A DNA stretch of 64,000 nucleotides from an uncultured bacterium. Its GTDB lineage: Bacteria; Bacteroidota; Ignavibacteria; Kapaibacteriales; UBA4661. This document shows positions 9,950 to 19,829 of the stretch, one piece after another; position 1 is the stretch's first letter; the number at the start of each line of letters is the position of its first letter. The DNA lies in the NCBI GenBank assembly GCA_937899715.1, contig CALCNX010000090.1:1-64000 (forward strand), in the 5' to 3' direction. The notes below the pieces were generated by a model that did not search any database, was not told the DNA's origin, and worked only from the letters and a program-made list of their open reading frames with translations. The translations under genes were made by a program, and so were the position numbers.

Positions 9950-10816
9950 TTATTCAACGGTTCCAAGCAGATGAACAATGCTTTTATCAACACTCGTGAT
10001 ACGAAACGAGGTTTGCGCTTGCTCACCGTCACTGTACTCTAAGGCGACCGTATTCGGCAGCAAAACGGGCTTTTGGAATTGTACATCTATTTTTCGCACC
10101 GACATATTTTTTATGCGCTCAATCACCGACGCAAACATACTCACCGAATACCACCCATGCGCCAGTTTGCCCGGTAGTCCGAATGCCTTCGCCATCACGC
10201 CCGAAATATGAATCGGATTAAAATCTCCCGAAACCTTTGCATAATCCCAGCCGATTCCGGAGGGCATCACGATTTTTCCACCGTCTTTGAAAGCGGAAAA
10301 ATCTGCCCGTGAAGCGCTTTCGTCCTTGGGTGTAGCGCCTTTGTTCGCCGATTTTTCGCCACCTCCCCGCTTGGCAATGTAACCGCTTTTGCAAACAGCC
10401 ACCAGCGTTGAGGCTTGCCGTACTTCTACATGAAATTGTGGAAAAAGTGAGCCGGACGGCTTGCCTTCTATTGTCACAGACGATGTGAGCGATACGGGTT
10501 GCGTGAGTTCAGGCTTTTGCAGCATTTCAAGCGAATTGGTCAAATGTACCATGCCGGGCGCGGCAAGCGGAAATTTTCCATCGCGCATCATCGCAATTTG
10601 CGCCCGTTGCGCAAGCAAGTACAGCCATGTTACGGGAAAGTCGGCGCTATTCTGAAATCCGCAAAATGCTGAATACTCCTTGATGTTATCCGTATCCAGC
10701 GCAACATTCTCGAATGTTTTTTCGAGCGAAAAGGTTTCTTTCACAGGCGGATTGCCGCGCCTGAGCGTGAGCATCACGGGCAGAAGCATCTGCGGAATGG
10801 AATCAAGACGAGCCAT
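9950..10816 (-). CDS. MaoC-like (double hot-dog) dehydratase
   Basis: GDFNPIHISGVMAKAFGLPGKLAHG motif (MaoC D-x-N-x-x-H…G…I-A-H-G); start moved to ATG 10816. Confidence 0.6.
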   Translation of the reverse strand: MARLDSIPQMLLPVMLTLRRGNPPVKETFSLEKTFENVALDTDNIKEYSAFCGFQNSADFPVTWLYLLAQRAQIAMMRDGKFPLAAPGMVHLTNSLEMLQKPELTQPVSLTSSVTIEGKPSGSLFPQFHVEVRQASTLVAVCKSGYIAKRGGGEKSANKGATPKDESASRADFSAFKDGGKIVMPSGIGWDYAKVSGDFNPIHISGVMAKAFGLPGKLAHGWYSVSMFASVIERIKNMSVRKIDVQFQKPVLLPNTVALEYSDGEQAQTSFRITSVDKSIVHLLGTVE

Positions 10817-10877
10817 TATATCCTCCGAACGGTAAATTATACTGAACGATTGGTTAGTAAAGAAGTTACAATAATTA

Positions 10878-12899
10878 TCACTGCACACGTAGAATCTTCG
10901 TTGTCATTACCATTGCTCTGGCTTGCAGCCTTAGCACGTACACGCCTTGTGTTGCGCCCTGAGCTGACCACACAAATTGCTTCGCGCCCGCCTCGTATTC
11001 TCCCGTCCCTAAAACTGCCACTTCCTGCCCCAAAGCATTATAGACACTGAGACGCAATGATGTTCTGTGCGGAAGAAACGCTTCCACAGTAATATCGCCA
11101 AAAGCAGGGTTGGGGAAAGCGTGTATTTTTGCGGTATTCTCGGAACGTAAAGTTTCAATATTCTGTGAAACCGATGTTGAGACCGCGTTTAGCACGTACA
11201 GCCCACCGTTTGTACTGACGAAAACATTTTTGTTATTTGCACCCAAAGAAAAAGTGTTTACTGCCGCATTTGGGAAGGCTGGAAAGCGCTTCCAATCTAC
11301 ATTTACAGGCTTATACTCAATAACGCAGGGTCTCCGAAAATTAGCACGAATAAGCTCACGTTTTCTAGGCGCAAAAAAACTCCACTCTATTTCTATTCCC
11401 TGAACGTAAATAAATCCATACGAATAACGGTCTAATTCTGCAATCTCCACAGCCCAGTCTTGACAATCGTTATTAAAACATGAACCACCTTGAGCATAAA
11501 AAGTATTCTCATGTGCCGATAACTTCGTAATTACAGAAGAAGCCGAACCATTCGCCAGAAAGTACTGTTTCCAAGACTGACCTTTATTTACTGTATTAAC
11601 ATATCTACTTCTCATTGCTGCCCAAAGTGTATCTCCAATGACAGCAATCGTAGATAAACTTCCGATTTCATTAGAACTTACCGAAAGTGGTCGCCAATTT
11701 TGACCAAAATCATCGGAAAACAATACGCTTGCACCAATACTTGCAAATAGCTCTCTGTCACCATATTGACCAGTTATACACGACATAGTTGCACGAGTAT
11801 TACTTACGGGCTTTGTCTGTGTCCATTCTTTCCCATTAGAAGAACGCCAAACAATACTATCGCCCGAATGCGCCCAAAATTGAGTTTGTGTGGCTGCGAG
11901 AAACTCCGGTGACCGACCATTAGGCAGTACAAACTGCTCAAACCGATCCTTCTCCCAACGATGGTAGCCGCCCAGATTACGAAGCGACACAAATACTGCA
12001 CTATCATTGGCAACGACACTATTCACCCAACATAGGGATAATCCCTGATTGAAAGAACGCCAATCACACGTATTCGCGTCGGCAGTAATTACTCCTTGCG
12101 TTGTAGCAATAAAAATTCCTCTGGTGGTATTACTGATAGATTGAACCACGATATTACTTGGTAAATCACAGGTGCGCTGCCAAGAAATTCCTGCATTTAT
12201 GGAACGCCAAAGGGCGTTTGTAGAGATAGCAATAACATGAAACGAGTTTACGAAAGTAAGAGAGCGAGGTACGAAGGGTATTGCTGCATTTTGCCAAGTT
12301 TTCCCACTGTCAGCCGAGCGAAATAAGGTTGAATCTTTTGAACCGCACAGAATAATGGCGCTTGTTGAAGCAATGCACGTTAAAGTAGTCGAAAATAGTA
12401 TAGATTCTGCATTTGTACGATACTGCACTGAAACTGTATTATTTGTCACACGAAGCACACCGCGAGAGTGTAATATCAACGTCCAATTTTCAACGACCGA
12501 GACATCGGAAACCTGTGCAGAAGAAAGGCGATCATCTGCCGTTCTTAGTGAAATAGCTTCTTGCTGCCATATTTCACCACCATTCCACGATCTGAGCAGC
12601 GTAAAAAAACCATCAAAGCCTTTGTCAGGAATAAGCGTATAAAGTATATTATTGCGAGACGTAATTCCCCTCAACGAGTAAGTATCTTGTGGAGTTAAAA
12701 GTTCTTCCCAGCGCCTTCCCGCTACATTACGAAACAAACGCCCATATTCCCCGACAGCAAACAACGTGTCCCCCGAAGCAGTAATATGAGTAATATTCCC
12801 ACCTTCCGGACCAACAAAACGCCACGCGGGAGCGGAATTTTGCGCTAATGCGCCAGACCAAGCAAAAGCGAGAAAAAATAAGACTACAAGGGTTTTCAT
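10878..12899 (-). CDS. Secreted BNR/Asp-box repeat protein with T9SS C-terminal sorting domain
   Basis: Signal peptide; multiple S-x-D-x-G-x-T/S-W repeats (SADSGKTWQ, SINAGISWQ, SDDFGQNWR, NKGQSWK, SSNGKEWT); C-terminus …GVYVLRLQARAMVMTTKILRVQ resembles Por_Secre_tail. Confidence 0.65.
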   Translation of the reverse strand: MKTLVVLFFLAFAWSGALAQNSAPAWRFVGPEGGNITHITASGDTLFAVGEYGRLFRNVAGRRWEELLTPQDTYSLRGITSRNNILYTLIPDKGFDGFFTLLRSWNGGEIWQQEAISLRTADDRLSSAQVSDVSVVENWTLILHSRGVLRVTNNTVSVQYRTNAESILFSTTLTCIASTSAIILCGSKDSTLFRSADSGKTWQNAAIPFVPRSLTFVNSFHVIAISTNALWRSINAGISWQRTCDLPSNIVVQSISNTTRGIFIATTQGVITADANTCDWRSFNQGLSLCWVNSVVANDSAVFVSLRNLGGYHRWEKDRFEQFVLPNGRSPEFLAATQTQFWAHSGDSIVWRSSNGKEWTQTKPVSNTRATMSCITGQYGDRELFASIGASVLFSDDFGQNWRPLSVSSNEIGSLSTIAVIGDTLWAAMRSRYVNTVNKGQSWKQYFLANGSASSVITKLSAHENTFYAQGGSCFNNDCQDWAVEIAELDRYSYGFIYVQGIEIEWSFFAPRKRELIRANFRRPCVIEYKPVNVDWKRFPAFPNAAVNTFSLGANNKNVFVSTNGGLYVLNAVSTSVSQNIETLRSENTAKIHAFPNPAFGDITVEAFLPHRTSLRLSVYNALGQEVAVLGTGEYEAGAKQFVWSAQGATQGVYVLRLQARAMVMTTKILRVQ

Positions 12900-12934
12900 A
12901 GCGAGGAGAAGAAAAATTCTAGACCAAAAACACG

Positions 12935-13450
12935 TTAGGCTACACGACGAACATACAGCGTTTTCAGCACCGAAGCAACAAGTTTTCCATCTTCGCCAAA
13001 AACTTCTACGGTGAATTTCGGTTCGGTCTTCGTGTTTGCGTCTGCCTCAGCCTTGATGTCCGCTATTTGCTCTGCTGTCAGCCGGAACTCGCATGAAACC
13101 GTGCCTTTGCCCGGAGAGCGAAACTGCACTTCAGCCGCTTTGTCCCAGACGATGTAGTCTTTGCCAAGATTATTGATAAGCATAAACACATAAAACGGGT
13201 CGGTCATGGCATAGAGCGAACCACCAAAATGAGTACGGAAGTAATTGCTATTGAACCAGCGAAGGGGCATTTCAACACGTATAAAACGAAAATCTTCGCT
13301 TATTTCTTTTACTCGCACACCTGCTCCAAAATAGGGTCCGTAGATATTGAGCAAAAAGCGGAGCATTTTGGGACCGATTTTGTAATTTCGCAAACCGCCT
13401 TGTTTGTGCTGTTTTGGCTGCTGTTCGGTTTTGATTTCTGTCGTCGTCAT
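12935..13450 (-). CDS. Hot-dog-fold thioesterase-like protein (DUF4442-like)
   Basis: ~170 aa, resemblance to YiiD C-terminal/DUF4442 family; start ATG 13450 avoids overlap with upstream gene. Confidence 0.4.
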   Translation of the reverse strand: MTTTEIKTEQQPKQHKQGGLRNYKIGPKMLRFLLNIYGPYFGAGVRVKEISEDFRFIRVEMPLRWFNSNYFRTHFGGSLYAMTDPFYVFMLINNLGKDYIVWDKAAEVQFRSPGKGTVSCEFRLTAEQIADIKAEADANTKTEPKFTVEVFGEDGKLVASVLKTLYVRRVA

Positions 13451-13514
13451 GGTTTTACTAATTAAACGTTTAGTATGTAAATGCTGTGAATTGTTCATTA
13501 TCATCACCGCGACT

Positions 13515-14186
13515 TTACGCTGCAAATGCATTCAAATCTATCATCAAACCAGTTTTCGCAAGCTGTTCATCGTTGATAACAGAACTATAATGCTTGCGAA
13601 GTTCACCAAAAAAGAGGTCGTAAGGCAAATCATGAAACGCACCATACTCATGCACATAATCCATGAAGACATTTCCGGCATGGTCGAACTGCTGGAAGAT
13701 AGAATCTTCCTTGCCATCAAATTCCAGTGTCGGGACGTTCAACTTCGTACACAGCGCCGCATTGAAGGCAGGTGTAGCCTTTACCCAGCGCCCCGAAAGC
13801 CATAATTCCGTACAGCCATGAAAAACCAGCAAATCGGTTTGCAACACACGCTCTACCTTCTCGGTGGCAATGTGATTGCGCACATTGAAGAACGAAAGTC
13901 GCGTCGGTATGCCCACCACTCGCGCAACAGCAGCCAGCAGAACTGCCTTTTCGACACAATAGCCGTAATTACGCTTTAGCAAATCGCTTGCTTTTAAGCC
14001 CGTCGGGCGCAAGTCAATTTTGTAGGGGTTGTACATAAAATCATCGCGGACGGCGTAATACAAGCGCGCGGCGTTTTCTTCCGGCGAGGCATCACGCTGC
14101 GAATGTTTGTGAGCGTACTCTATAACGGCAGGATTATCACTGTCCAAAAAATACGTTGGGCGAAGATAGGGAGCGGGTTCAAGCAT
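13515..14186 (-). CDS. Transglutaminase-like cysteine protease superfamily protein
   Basis: GYCVEKAVLLAAVARVVGIPTR (Cys nucleophile), downstream HGCTELW His and Asp; 223 aa. Confidence 0.55.
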   Translation of the reverse strand: MLEPAPYLRPTYFLDSDNPAVIEYAHKHSQRDASPEENAARLYYAVRDDFMYNPYKIDLRPTGLKASDLLKRNYGYCVEKAVLLAAVARVVGIPTRLSFFNVRNHIATEKVERVLQTDLLVFHGCTELWLSGRWVKATPAFNAALCTKLNVPTLEFDGKEDSIFQQFDHAGNVFMDYVHEYGAFHDLPYDLFFGELRKHYSSVINDEQLAKTGLMIDLNAFAA

Positions 14187-14245
14187 TAGTGTCGTTGGTA
14201 AAATGGGATAATAAAGTAAACGAGCGTTCAGGATAACAAGCGTTG

Positions 14246-14809
14246 CTACCCCGCAGAAAGACGTGTTTTTGCCCGCTCCAGCATTTCATCTATATAGCGT
14301 TTATCCCCGTAGATGCGCATAAACATGACAGCCCCTTCAAATTCCTGAACGCTCTGCTCGGCAATTCGCCGTGCGGCTTCGGGTTGGTAGGTGGCGGAAA
14401 AAATTTCCGTAAGCGCATCCGTCCAATCACGGAAGAATTCGCGCAAATACGGCGCAAACTCAGGCAGCGTGGAAAGCGTTTCCAGTGCGGTATTTGCCAT
14501 GAGGCAGCCGCCATCGCTTTTGGAGAACATTCGTTGCGCTTTGGCAAGAAATTTTTCTAATTTCTCTTCCGGCGTGAGTTTGTCGGAATACGCAAGTGCA
14601 AAAAGCGTCGTCTTAAAGTGCAGATGAACTCCGTGCAGCACCGCCTTCATCAGCTCTTCTTTGTTCTCGAAGTGATGATAAAACACGCCTTTAGTCAGTC
14701 CACACGCCGCCGCTAAGTCTGCCATCGACGTATTATGGTAGCCCTGCTTGCGAAAGACCCCTGCTGAGGTGAGGATAATTTCATCTTTGCTGAGTTTTTG
14801 AACGGGCAT
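14246..14809 (-). CDS. TetR/AcrR-family transcriptional regulator
   Basis: N-terminal HTH SMADLAAACGLTKGVFYHHFENKEELM. Confidence 0.75.
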   Translation of the reverse strand: MPVQKLSKDEIILTSAGVFRKQGYHNTSMADLAAACGLTKGVFYHHFENKEELMKAVLHGVHLHFKTTLFALAYSDKLTPEEKLEKFLAKAQRMFSKSDGGCLMANTALETLSTLPEFAPYLREFFRDWTDALTEIFSATYQPEAARRIAEQSVQEFEGAVMFMRIYGDKRYIDEMLERAKTRLSAG

Positions 14810-14892
14810 ATATCGGAAAACGGTGAAAGGAAGTGGTGTTGACAGAATAAACTTACTAAACGTTCGTTCAATATCAAAAATATTTTTTAGAA

Positions 14893-16977
14893 TTATTCTA
14901 CTCCCATCGGCACATCTACATTGAATGTTGTCCCTTGCCCATACTCGCTTTCAACCATAATTTCTGCACCCATAGCGTCCACAAGTTTTTTCACAATGGA
15001 CAATCCCAAGCCCGTAGAATCCTCTCCGCCAGTCGGCTTGGCAGAAAGCCGTGCAAACTTTCCAAACATTCTTGTTTTGTCTTCATCGTTTAGTCCCGGA
15101 CCTTCATCGCGGACAGCAATACGCACGAAGGTCGCTTTTCCACCATCGGCGCTAATATTTTTTTGCACCGACACCCACACACGCTTCCCTTTGGGCGAGT
15201 ATTTCAGGGCGTTATCCAGCAAATTTTCTACCACTTCCGCCATCGCCGATTCATCGGTTTTGAGTTCAATGTTGTCGTCCGATACCTCCACAAGTATCGT
15301 AATATCTTTCGCTGCGGCGTGTGCATGATGCTCCTCTGCCAAATTCTGCACAAGCCGGGCAACGTTAAACCGTCTTGTTTCAAGGGTTTTACCACCTTGC
15401 TCAAGAGCATTCAGACTGAGCAGTTTTGTAATCGTGTTTAGCATTCGCTCCGATGATTGCAGAATACGCTCCCCCATAGCGGTAATGCGATCTAGCGGAA
15501 GATTTGCCGCTTGCGCCAGCGTTGAGGACGACATCATAATACCCGTCAGTGGATTTTTCAAGTCGTGCGCCACAATGCTGAGAAGTTCATCTTTTTCGTG
15601 ATTCAGCGCCTCCAATCGCTGATTAGCACTTTCCAATCGTTGGTTTGCTTCGTACAGATGTTCATTTTTGACATCCAGTTCCATATTGGACGTTGCAAGC
15701 GCCGTATTGGATTCCTGAATGTGTTTCGACTGCTCTTCCAGTTCGCGCTGTTGCCGCAAAATGACCGCATTAACCTCGCGCAAAGCAGCTTCAGAGCGGG
15801 CTTTGAGACGATACCGATTGATGGCAAGCCCAAGCAAAATTATCACAAACACCAAACCAAGTATAAGCGTATTACGCAGTGTGCTGAGGCGCTCTTGCTC
15901 TTTTTCTGCCAGCAGCAATACTTTATCTTTTCGCTCCGCAAGGCGCATAATATCAAGCGTCTTCATCCGTTCTTCGATATTGAAGGAGAGCAAAGAATCA
16001 CGCATTGCGGCAGCACGGCGGTAATAATCTAATGCAATATCGTGTCTGCCTACCTGAGAATACATCAGCGAAAAACGTTCGCATATAAGCGCAATGTCCT
16101 CAAATGCTTTTGTGCTGTCTGCTACTCGCAGCCCACGTTCGGCAGTAGCAAAGGCAAGCGGGAAGCGCTTTTCAGCCGCATAAATGGCAGCAAGATTTTC
16201 CAGCGAGCGGACGATATATTGATTGATTTTTTTTCGCTCAAAAAACTGAAGCGCCTCTTTCTGGTAATACGCCGCCGAATCGTACTTTTCCAATGCCAAA
16301 AAGACCGTACCGATGTGATACAATGCCACGTGCGCATAATAATCTTCCTTGCCCAGCCTTCCCCATTCAAACGCCTCACGCTCCAAACGAAGCGCCTCAG
16401 AAATATCACCGGACTTGAGCGCAATATCACCCAAGTTTCCCAGCACGAGCGCCAACCCGGCTTTGTGCTTTGCTGCACGAAAAATTGCTTCGGAACGCTT
16501 AAAATAATCTTTTGCAAGTGCCATTTTACCTTGCGCCTTGTGCATATAGCCTAAATTATTGAGCACAAAAGCCTGACGGACTTTCTCGCCCAGCACTTCG
16601 TAAATATCGTACGATTCCAAGAGCGCCTCCAGCCCTGCGTTGTAATGGCGCTCATAGATAGACACAATGCCTCTAATGCCCAGTGACCGCGCCTGTCCTG
16701 ACTTATAGCCGATTTTTTTTGCACGAAGAAGTGCCTCGTTTGCATAGATAAGTGCAGTATCAGGAAACGTATTGCGGACAGAAAACCCAATTTCAATCAT
16801 GCGATTCACAAGTGCGGTATCGTGCGTGGCGGGCTTGGCACGGAGTTCTTTCGCTAGAATTTGCTTGAGCGAGTCCGCTTCTCGTGTTTGCGCAAGAAGA
16901 GTATTGGCTCTACACGAACCAACCGAAAGCAATACAGAAACTATAATGATGGTGATAACCTTCATAACTTCGCTCAT
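14893..16977 (-). CDS. Sensor histidine kinase with N-terminal TPR repeats, TM helix and coiled coil (no adjacent response regulator)
   Basis: HisKA H-box SIVAHDLKNPL; HATPase_c N/G1/G2 boxes (RDEGPGL…GLGLSIVKKL); TPR-like repeats N-terminal. Confidence 0.8.
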   Translation of the reverse strand: MSEVMKVITIIIVSVLLSVGSCRANTLLAQTREADSLKQILAKELRAKPATHDTALVNRMIEIGFSVRNTFPDTALIYANEALLRAKKIGYKSGQARSLGIRGIVSIYERHYNAGLEALLESYDIYEVLGEKVRQAFVLNNLGYMHKAQGKMALAKDYFKRSEAIFRAAKHKAGLALVLGNLGDIALKSGDISEALRLEREAFEWGRLGKEDYYAHVALYHIGTVFLALEKYDSAAYYQKEALQFFERKKINQYIVRSLENLAAIYAAEKRFPLAFATAERGLRVADSTKAFEDIALICERFSLMYSQVGRHDIALDYYRRAAAMRDSLLSFNIEERMKTLDIMRLAERKDKVLLLAEKEQERLSTLRNTLILGLVFVIILLGLAINRYRLKARSEAALREVNAVILRQQRELEEQSKHIQESNTALATSNMELDVKNEHLYEANQRLESANQRLEALNHEKDELLSIVAHDLKNPLTGIMMSSSTLAQAANLPLDRITAMGERILQSSERMLNTITKLLSLNALEQGGKTLETRRFNVARLVQNLAEEHHAHAAAKDITILVEVSDDNIELKTDESAMAEVVENLLDNALKYSPKGKRVWVSVQKNISADGGKATFVRIAVRDEGPGLNDEDKTRMFGKFARLSAKPTGGEDSTGLGLSIVKKLVDAMGAEIMVESEYGQGTTFNVDVPMGVE

Positions 16978-17010
16978 TCCTCGTTACCGAACTACACACA
17001 GTCTTCAAAT

Positions 17011-18807
17011 CTAGGTTTTCTGCGGCGTTTTACCCACAATAAAATATGTTCTCATATTTCCTTTTCCTTTTATCTCAATTTCACCGCGCTCTTCCACCTC
17101 GTAGCCTTGTTCTGACGAGCTTTTGAGTGCCGAATAGACCTCCTCGGAAATATGGATTTTTCCCGCCTCACCGTGCGATTCCATACGTGAAGCCGTGTTC
17201 ACCGTATCGCCCCAAAGGTCGTACGCAAATTTTTTCGTGCCGATAATCCCCGCCACCACGCTTCCGGTGTGCATCCCAATTCGGATGTTCATAGCGGAAT
17301 CAAAGCCATTGCGCATCATTCGCTCCGAAAACACTTCCACCGCCGAAAGCATATCCAGCGCCGCTTTTATGGCAGCCTCCACGTGGTCGCGGCGTGGATA
17401 GGGTATCCCTGCGGCAATCATGTACGCGTCGCCAATAGTTTTGATTTTTTCTAAGCTATACTGCTCGGTAATGGCATCAAACACCGAAAAAATATCATCC
17501 AAAATCCGCACAATCTCCTCCGCCGAGTGCTGACCTGCAAGACGCGTAAAGCCTACAATATCCACAAATACCACCGTAACATTCTCAAACGTATCGGCAA
17601 TCGTACTTTCTCCGGCGCGAAGACGCTGGGCGATGGGCATGGGTAAGATATTGAGCAGAAGCCGCTCCAATTCTTGCTGCGCGTGTGCCAGTTCCACATT
17701 CCGCAGGCGATAAATTTCCGACTCTTTTTGCGCTTGCTCTGCTGCAAATCCCTGCTGCAAATACTGAATTGTTCGCTTACCATCTTGCAGCGCCGTTTGC
17801 TCGCGGAGCGCATGAAATCGCTCTAAATTGCTAAACGCTCGTTCAATATCACCTGTTGCTTTGTAGCATTGTGAAAGGAGTTCATGCACTTTCGCCACAC
17901 TAGCTAATGCCTGTGCACCCTGCAAACCCTCCTCTGCGCGGCGCAAGTAACCAAGCGCTTTTTCAGCACGCCCAGCGCGAAAATATACATCTCCAATCAC
18001 AAGCAATACTTGACTAAGTTCCATTGCGCTTAGTTCGCGTTCTCCGATTTCCAAAGCCACAAAAAGCAGCTCCAATGCTTTGTCAAAGCGTTCCTGCTCT
18101 GCGTACATCTCCGATACCCCAATGAGCGCCCTGCACACACCACTGATATTTCCTGCGTGTTTGTATGCCGCCAGCGCTTGCTCAAAATACAATCTCGATT
18201 GACTGTAGCCGCGTAGTTCCTTATGCGCCGAGGCAATACTGAAGAGTGCAGAAGCCCTTTCATCAGCATCGCTCAATCCCTCCAGCATCCTGAGTGCCTC
18301 GCGGTAGTGCTGCAAAGCAGTCTGCGCTTCGCCCAAGCCAAAGTACGCATCACCACTGGTGTTGTAAATCTTTGCCGATTCGAGTTCCAAGCCGTGCTCA
18401 TCGGTAACGGCGCGAGCTTTGGCAAGATATTCCAGCGCTGTGGTGAACATGGCAATACGAACATAGCACACTGCAGTCCAGCGCAAAGCACTTGCCTGTA
18501 CACGTGGCGCTTGCAGCATTTCAGCTTGCTTACTTATTTGAAAAAAACGCGGAAGTGCCTCATCAAACTGCGCTGCTTGTGCGGAAATAACAGCGACCGC
18601 AAGAGCACTTTCTAACTCTAACATTGTATCGCCGGAGGAGCGGGCATAACGAAGTGCTTCGAGCGCGTAGTCGTGCGCACGGGTGTTGTCGTGGTTGGCA
18701 AGGATATATGCTGCTTCCAGCAACAACTTCATACGGTCATCGCTATCGGCATAATCCATTCCACCATCGGCAAGAACGTCTTGAATGATTTTGAGACGTG
18801 CATTCAT
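17011..18807 (-). CDS. Class III adenylate/guanylate cyclase with N-terminal TPR domain
   Basis: CYCc motifs VTVVFVDIVGFT…KIKTIGDAYMIAAG…GIIGTKKFAYDLWGDTVNTASRMES. Confidence 0.8.
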   Translation of the reverse strand: MNARLKIIQDVLADGGMDYADSDDRMKLLLEAAYILANHDNTRAHDYALEALRYARSSGDTMLELESALAVAVISAQAAQFDEALPRFFQISKQAEMLQAPRVQASALRWTAVCYVRIAMFTTALEYLAKARAVTDEHGLELESAKIYNTSGDAYFGLGEAQTALQHYREALRMLEGLSDADERASALFSIASAHKELRGYSQSRLYFEQALAAYKHAGNISGVCRALIGVSEMYAEQERFDKALELLFVALEIGERELSAMELSQVLLVIGDVYFRAGRAEKALGYLRRAEEGLQGAQALASVAKVHELLSQCYKATGDIERAFSNLERFHALREQTALQDGKRTIQYLQQGFAAEQAQKESEIYRLRNVELAHAQQELERLLLNILPMPIAQRLRAGESTIADTFENVTVVFVDIVGFTRLAGQHSAEEIVRILDDIFSVFDAITEQYSLEKIKTIGDAYMIAAGIPYPRRDHVEAAIKAALDMLSAVEVFSERMMRNGFDSAMNIRIGMHTGSVVAGIIGTKKFAYDLWGDTVNTASRMESHGEAGKIHISEEVYSALKSSSEQGYEVEERGEIEIKGKGNMRTYFIVGKTPQKT

Positions 18808-19005
18808 CTGCGTTGTAAGAACACAATCGTCATTGTGAAAACAGTGAAGGAGTTACAAAATCTTAGAAAGTGTCTGAAAATTGTGCCCCCTCATCCCAGC
18901 CTTCTCCCAGAGGGAGAAGGAGCAATAAATGAAGCCATTTTCTGAAGCCCTCTCCCTCTGGGAGAGGGTTGGGTGAGGGCTTAAAACGTATTTATAGACA
19001 TTTCC

Positions 19006-19671
19006 TTAGCGCTTCTTCCCCATAATAAACCAGCCATTTTGTTTGTTCCAGAGGAGCTCTATCATTTTGAATTTACATTCTTTGTAGAGTTTTAGATATT
19101 CGGGCGTAACATCATTTTCACATCGGTAGGCGAGTGCCGCCTGAATAGTCGTACCGATTTGAGGAAGCGTATAATCAATGCCAAGCCCTATTCCGCGCTG
19201 GTTGTCGTCGGGAGTATAGCTGATAATGCCCTTTACATCTATCAGATTCGGTGTGCTTTTCTGCCCGTAAAACTCGCTAATCCGCACACTCGGAAGAAGC
19301 TGAGACGTGACATCGCGCCATTCTCCGGCATCCAGCAAATACATCTTGAGTGTGCTACGCTTGCAGCCGTCGCCATCGCCAGGGTCGGTGATTTCTTGGT
19401 GGGCATAATACTTCGTTCCATCATCGGCAAGAAACAAGACAAACACCGTCTGCTCCGATGAATGGGTATCAGGATTCGTCGTCGTTTTGATTGACAAATA
19501 CCCGTTGGTGGCATCATAGACGACCTTATTCGTCGGCGAGGGAGTCATGGAGGCTTCAGGGCGCTTTAAGGGAAAACGCTGAAACACCTCACGCAGACTT
19601 TGCGCTGAGACGGGTACATTCCACAGAACAATAAAGGTGCTGAGAAGTAATGCAAAGAAAAATTGCTTCAT
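19006..19671 (-). CDS. Hypothetical secreted protein
   Basis: Signal peptide MKQFFFALLLSTFIVLWNVPVSAQ; no recognisable domain. Confidence 0.45.
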   Translation of the reverse strand: MKQFFFALLLSTFIVLWNVPVSAQSLREVFQRFPLKRPEASMTPSPTNKVVYDATNGYLSIKTTTNPDTHSSEQTVFVLFLADDGTKYYAHQEITDPGDGDGCKRSTLKMYLLDAGEWRDVTSQLLPSVRISEFYGQKSTPNLIDVKGIISYTPDDNQRGIGLGIDYTLPQIGTTIQAALAYRCENDVTPEYLKLYKECKFKMIELLWNKQNGWFIMGKKR

Positions 19672-19829
19672 GGTGATGGAACAAGAAAGAATGAACAAGG
19701 ATGGCGACAGCTAAGCAGCAAGAGCAAATGACGGAAAAACAAGCCGGGAGTTACGCTTTGCTCAATGATTCGGCAAATTAGAACAAAGGTTCTATTACCA
19801 ATAATTCGGACATTACCGAATACTGGAGT

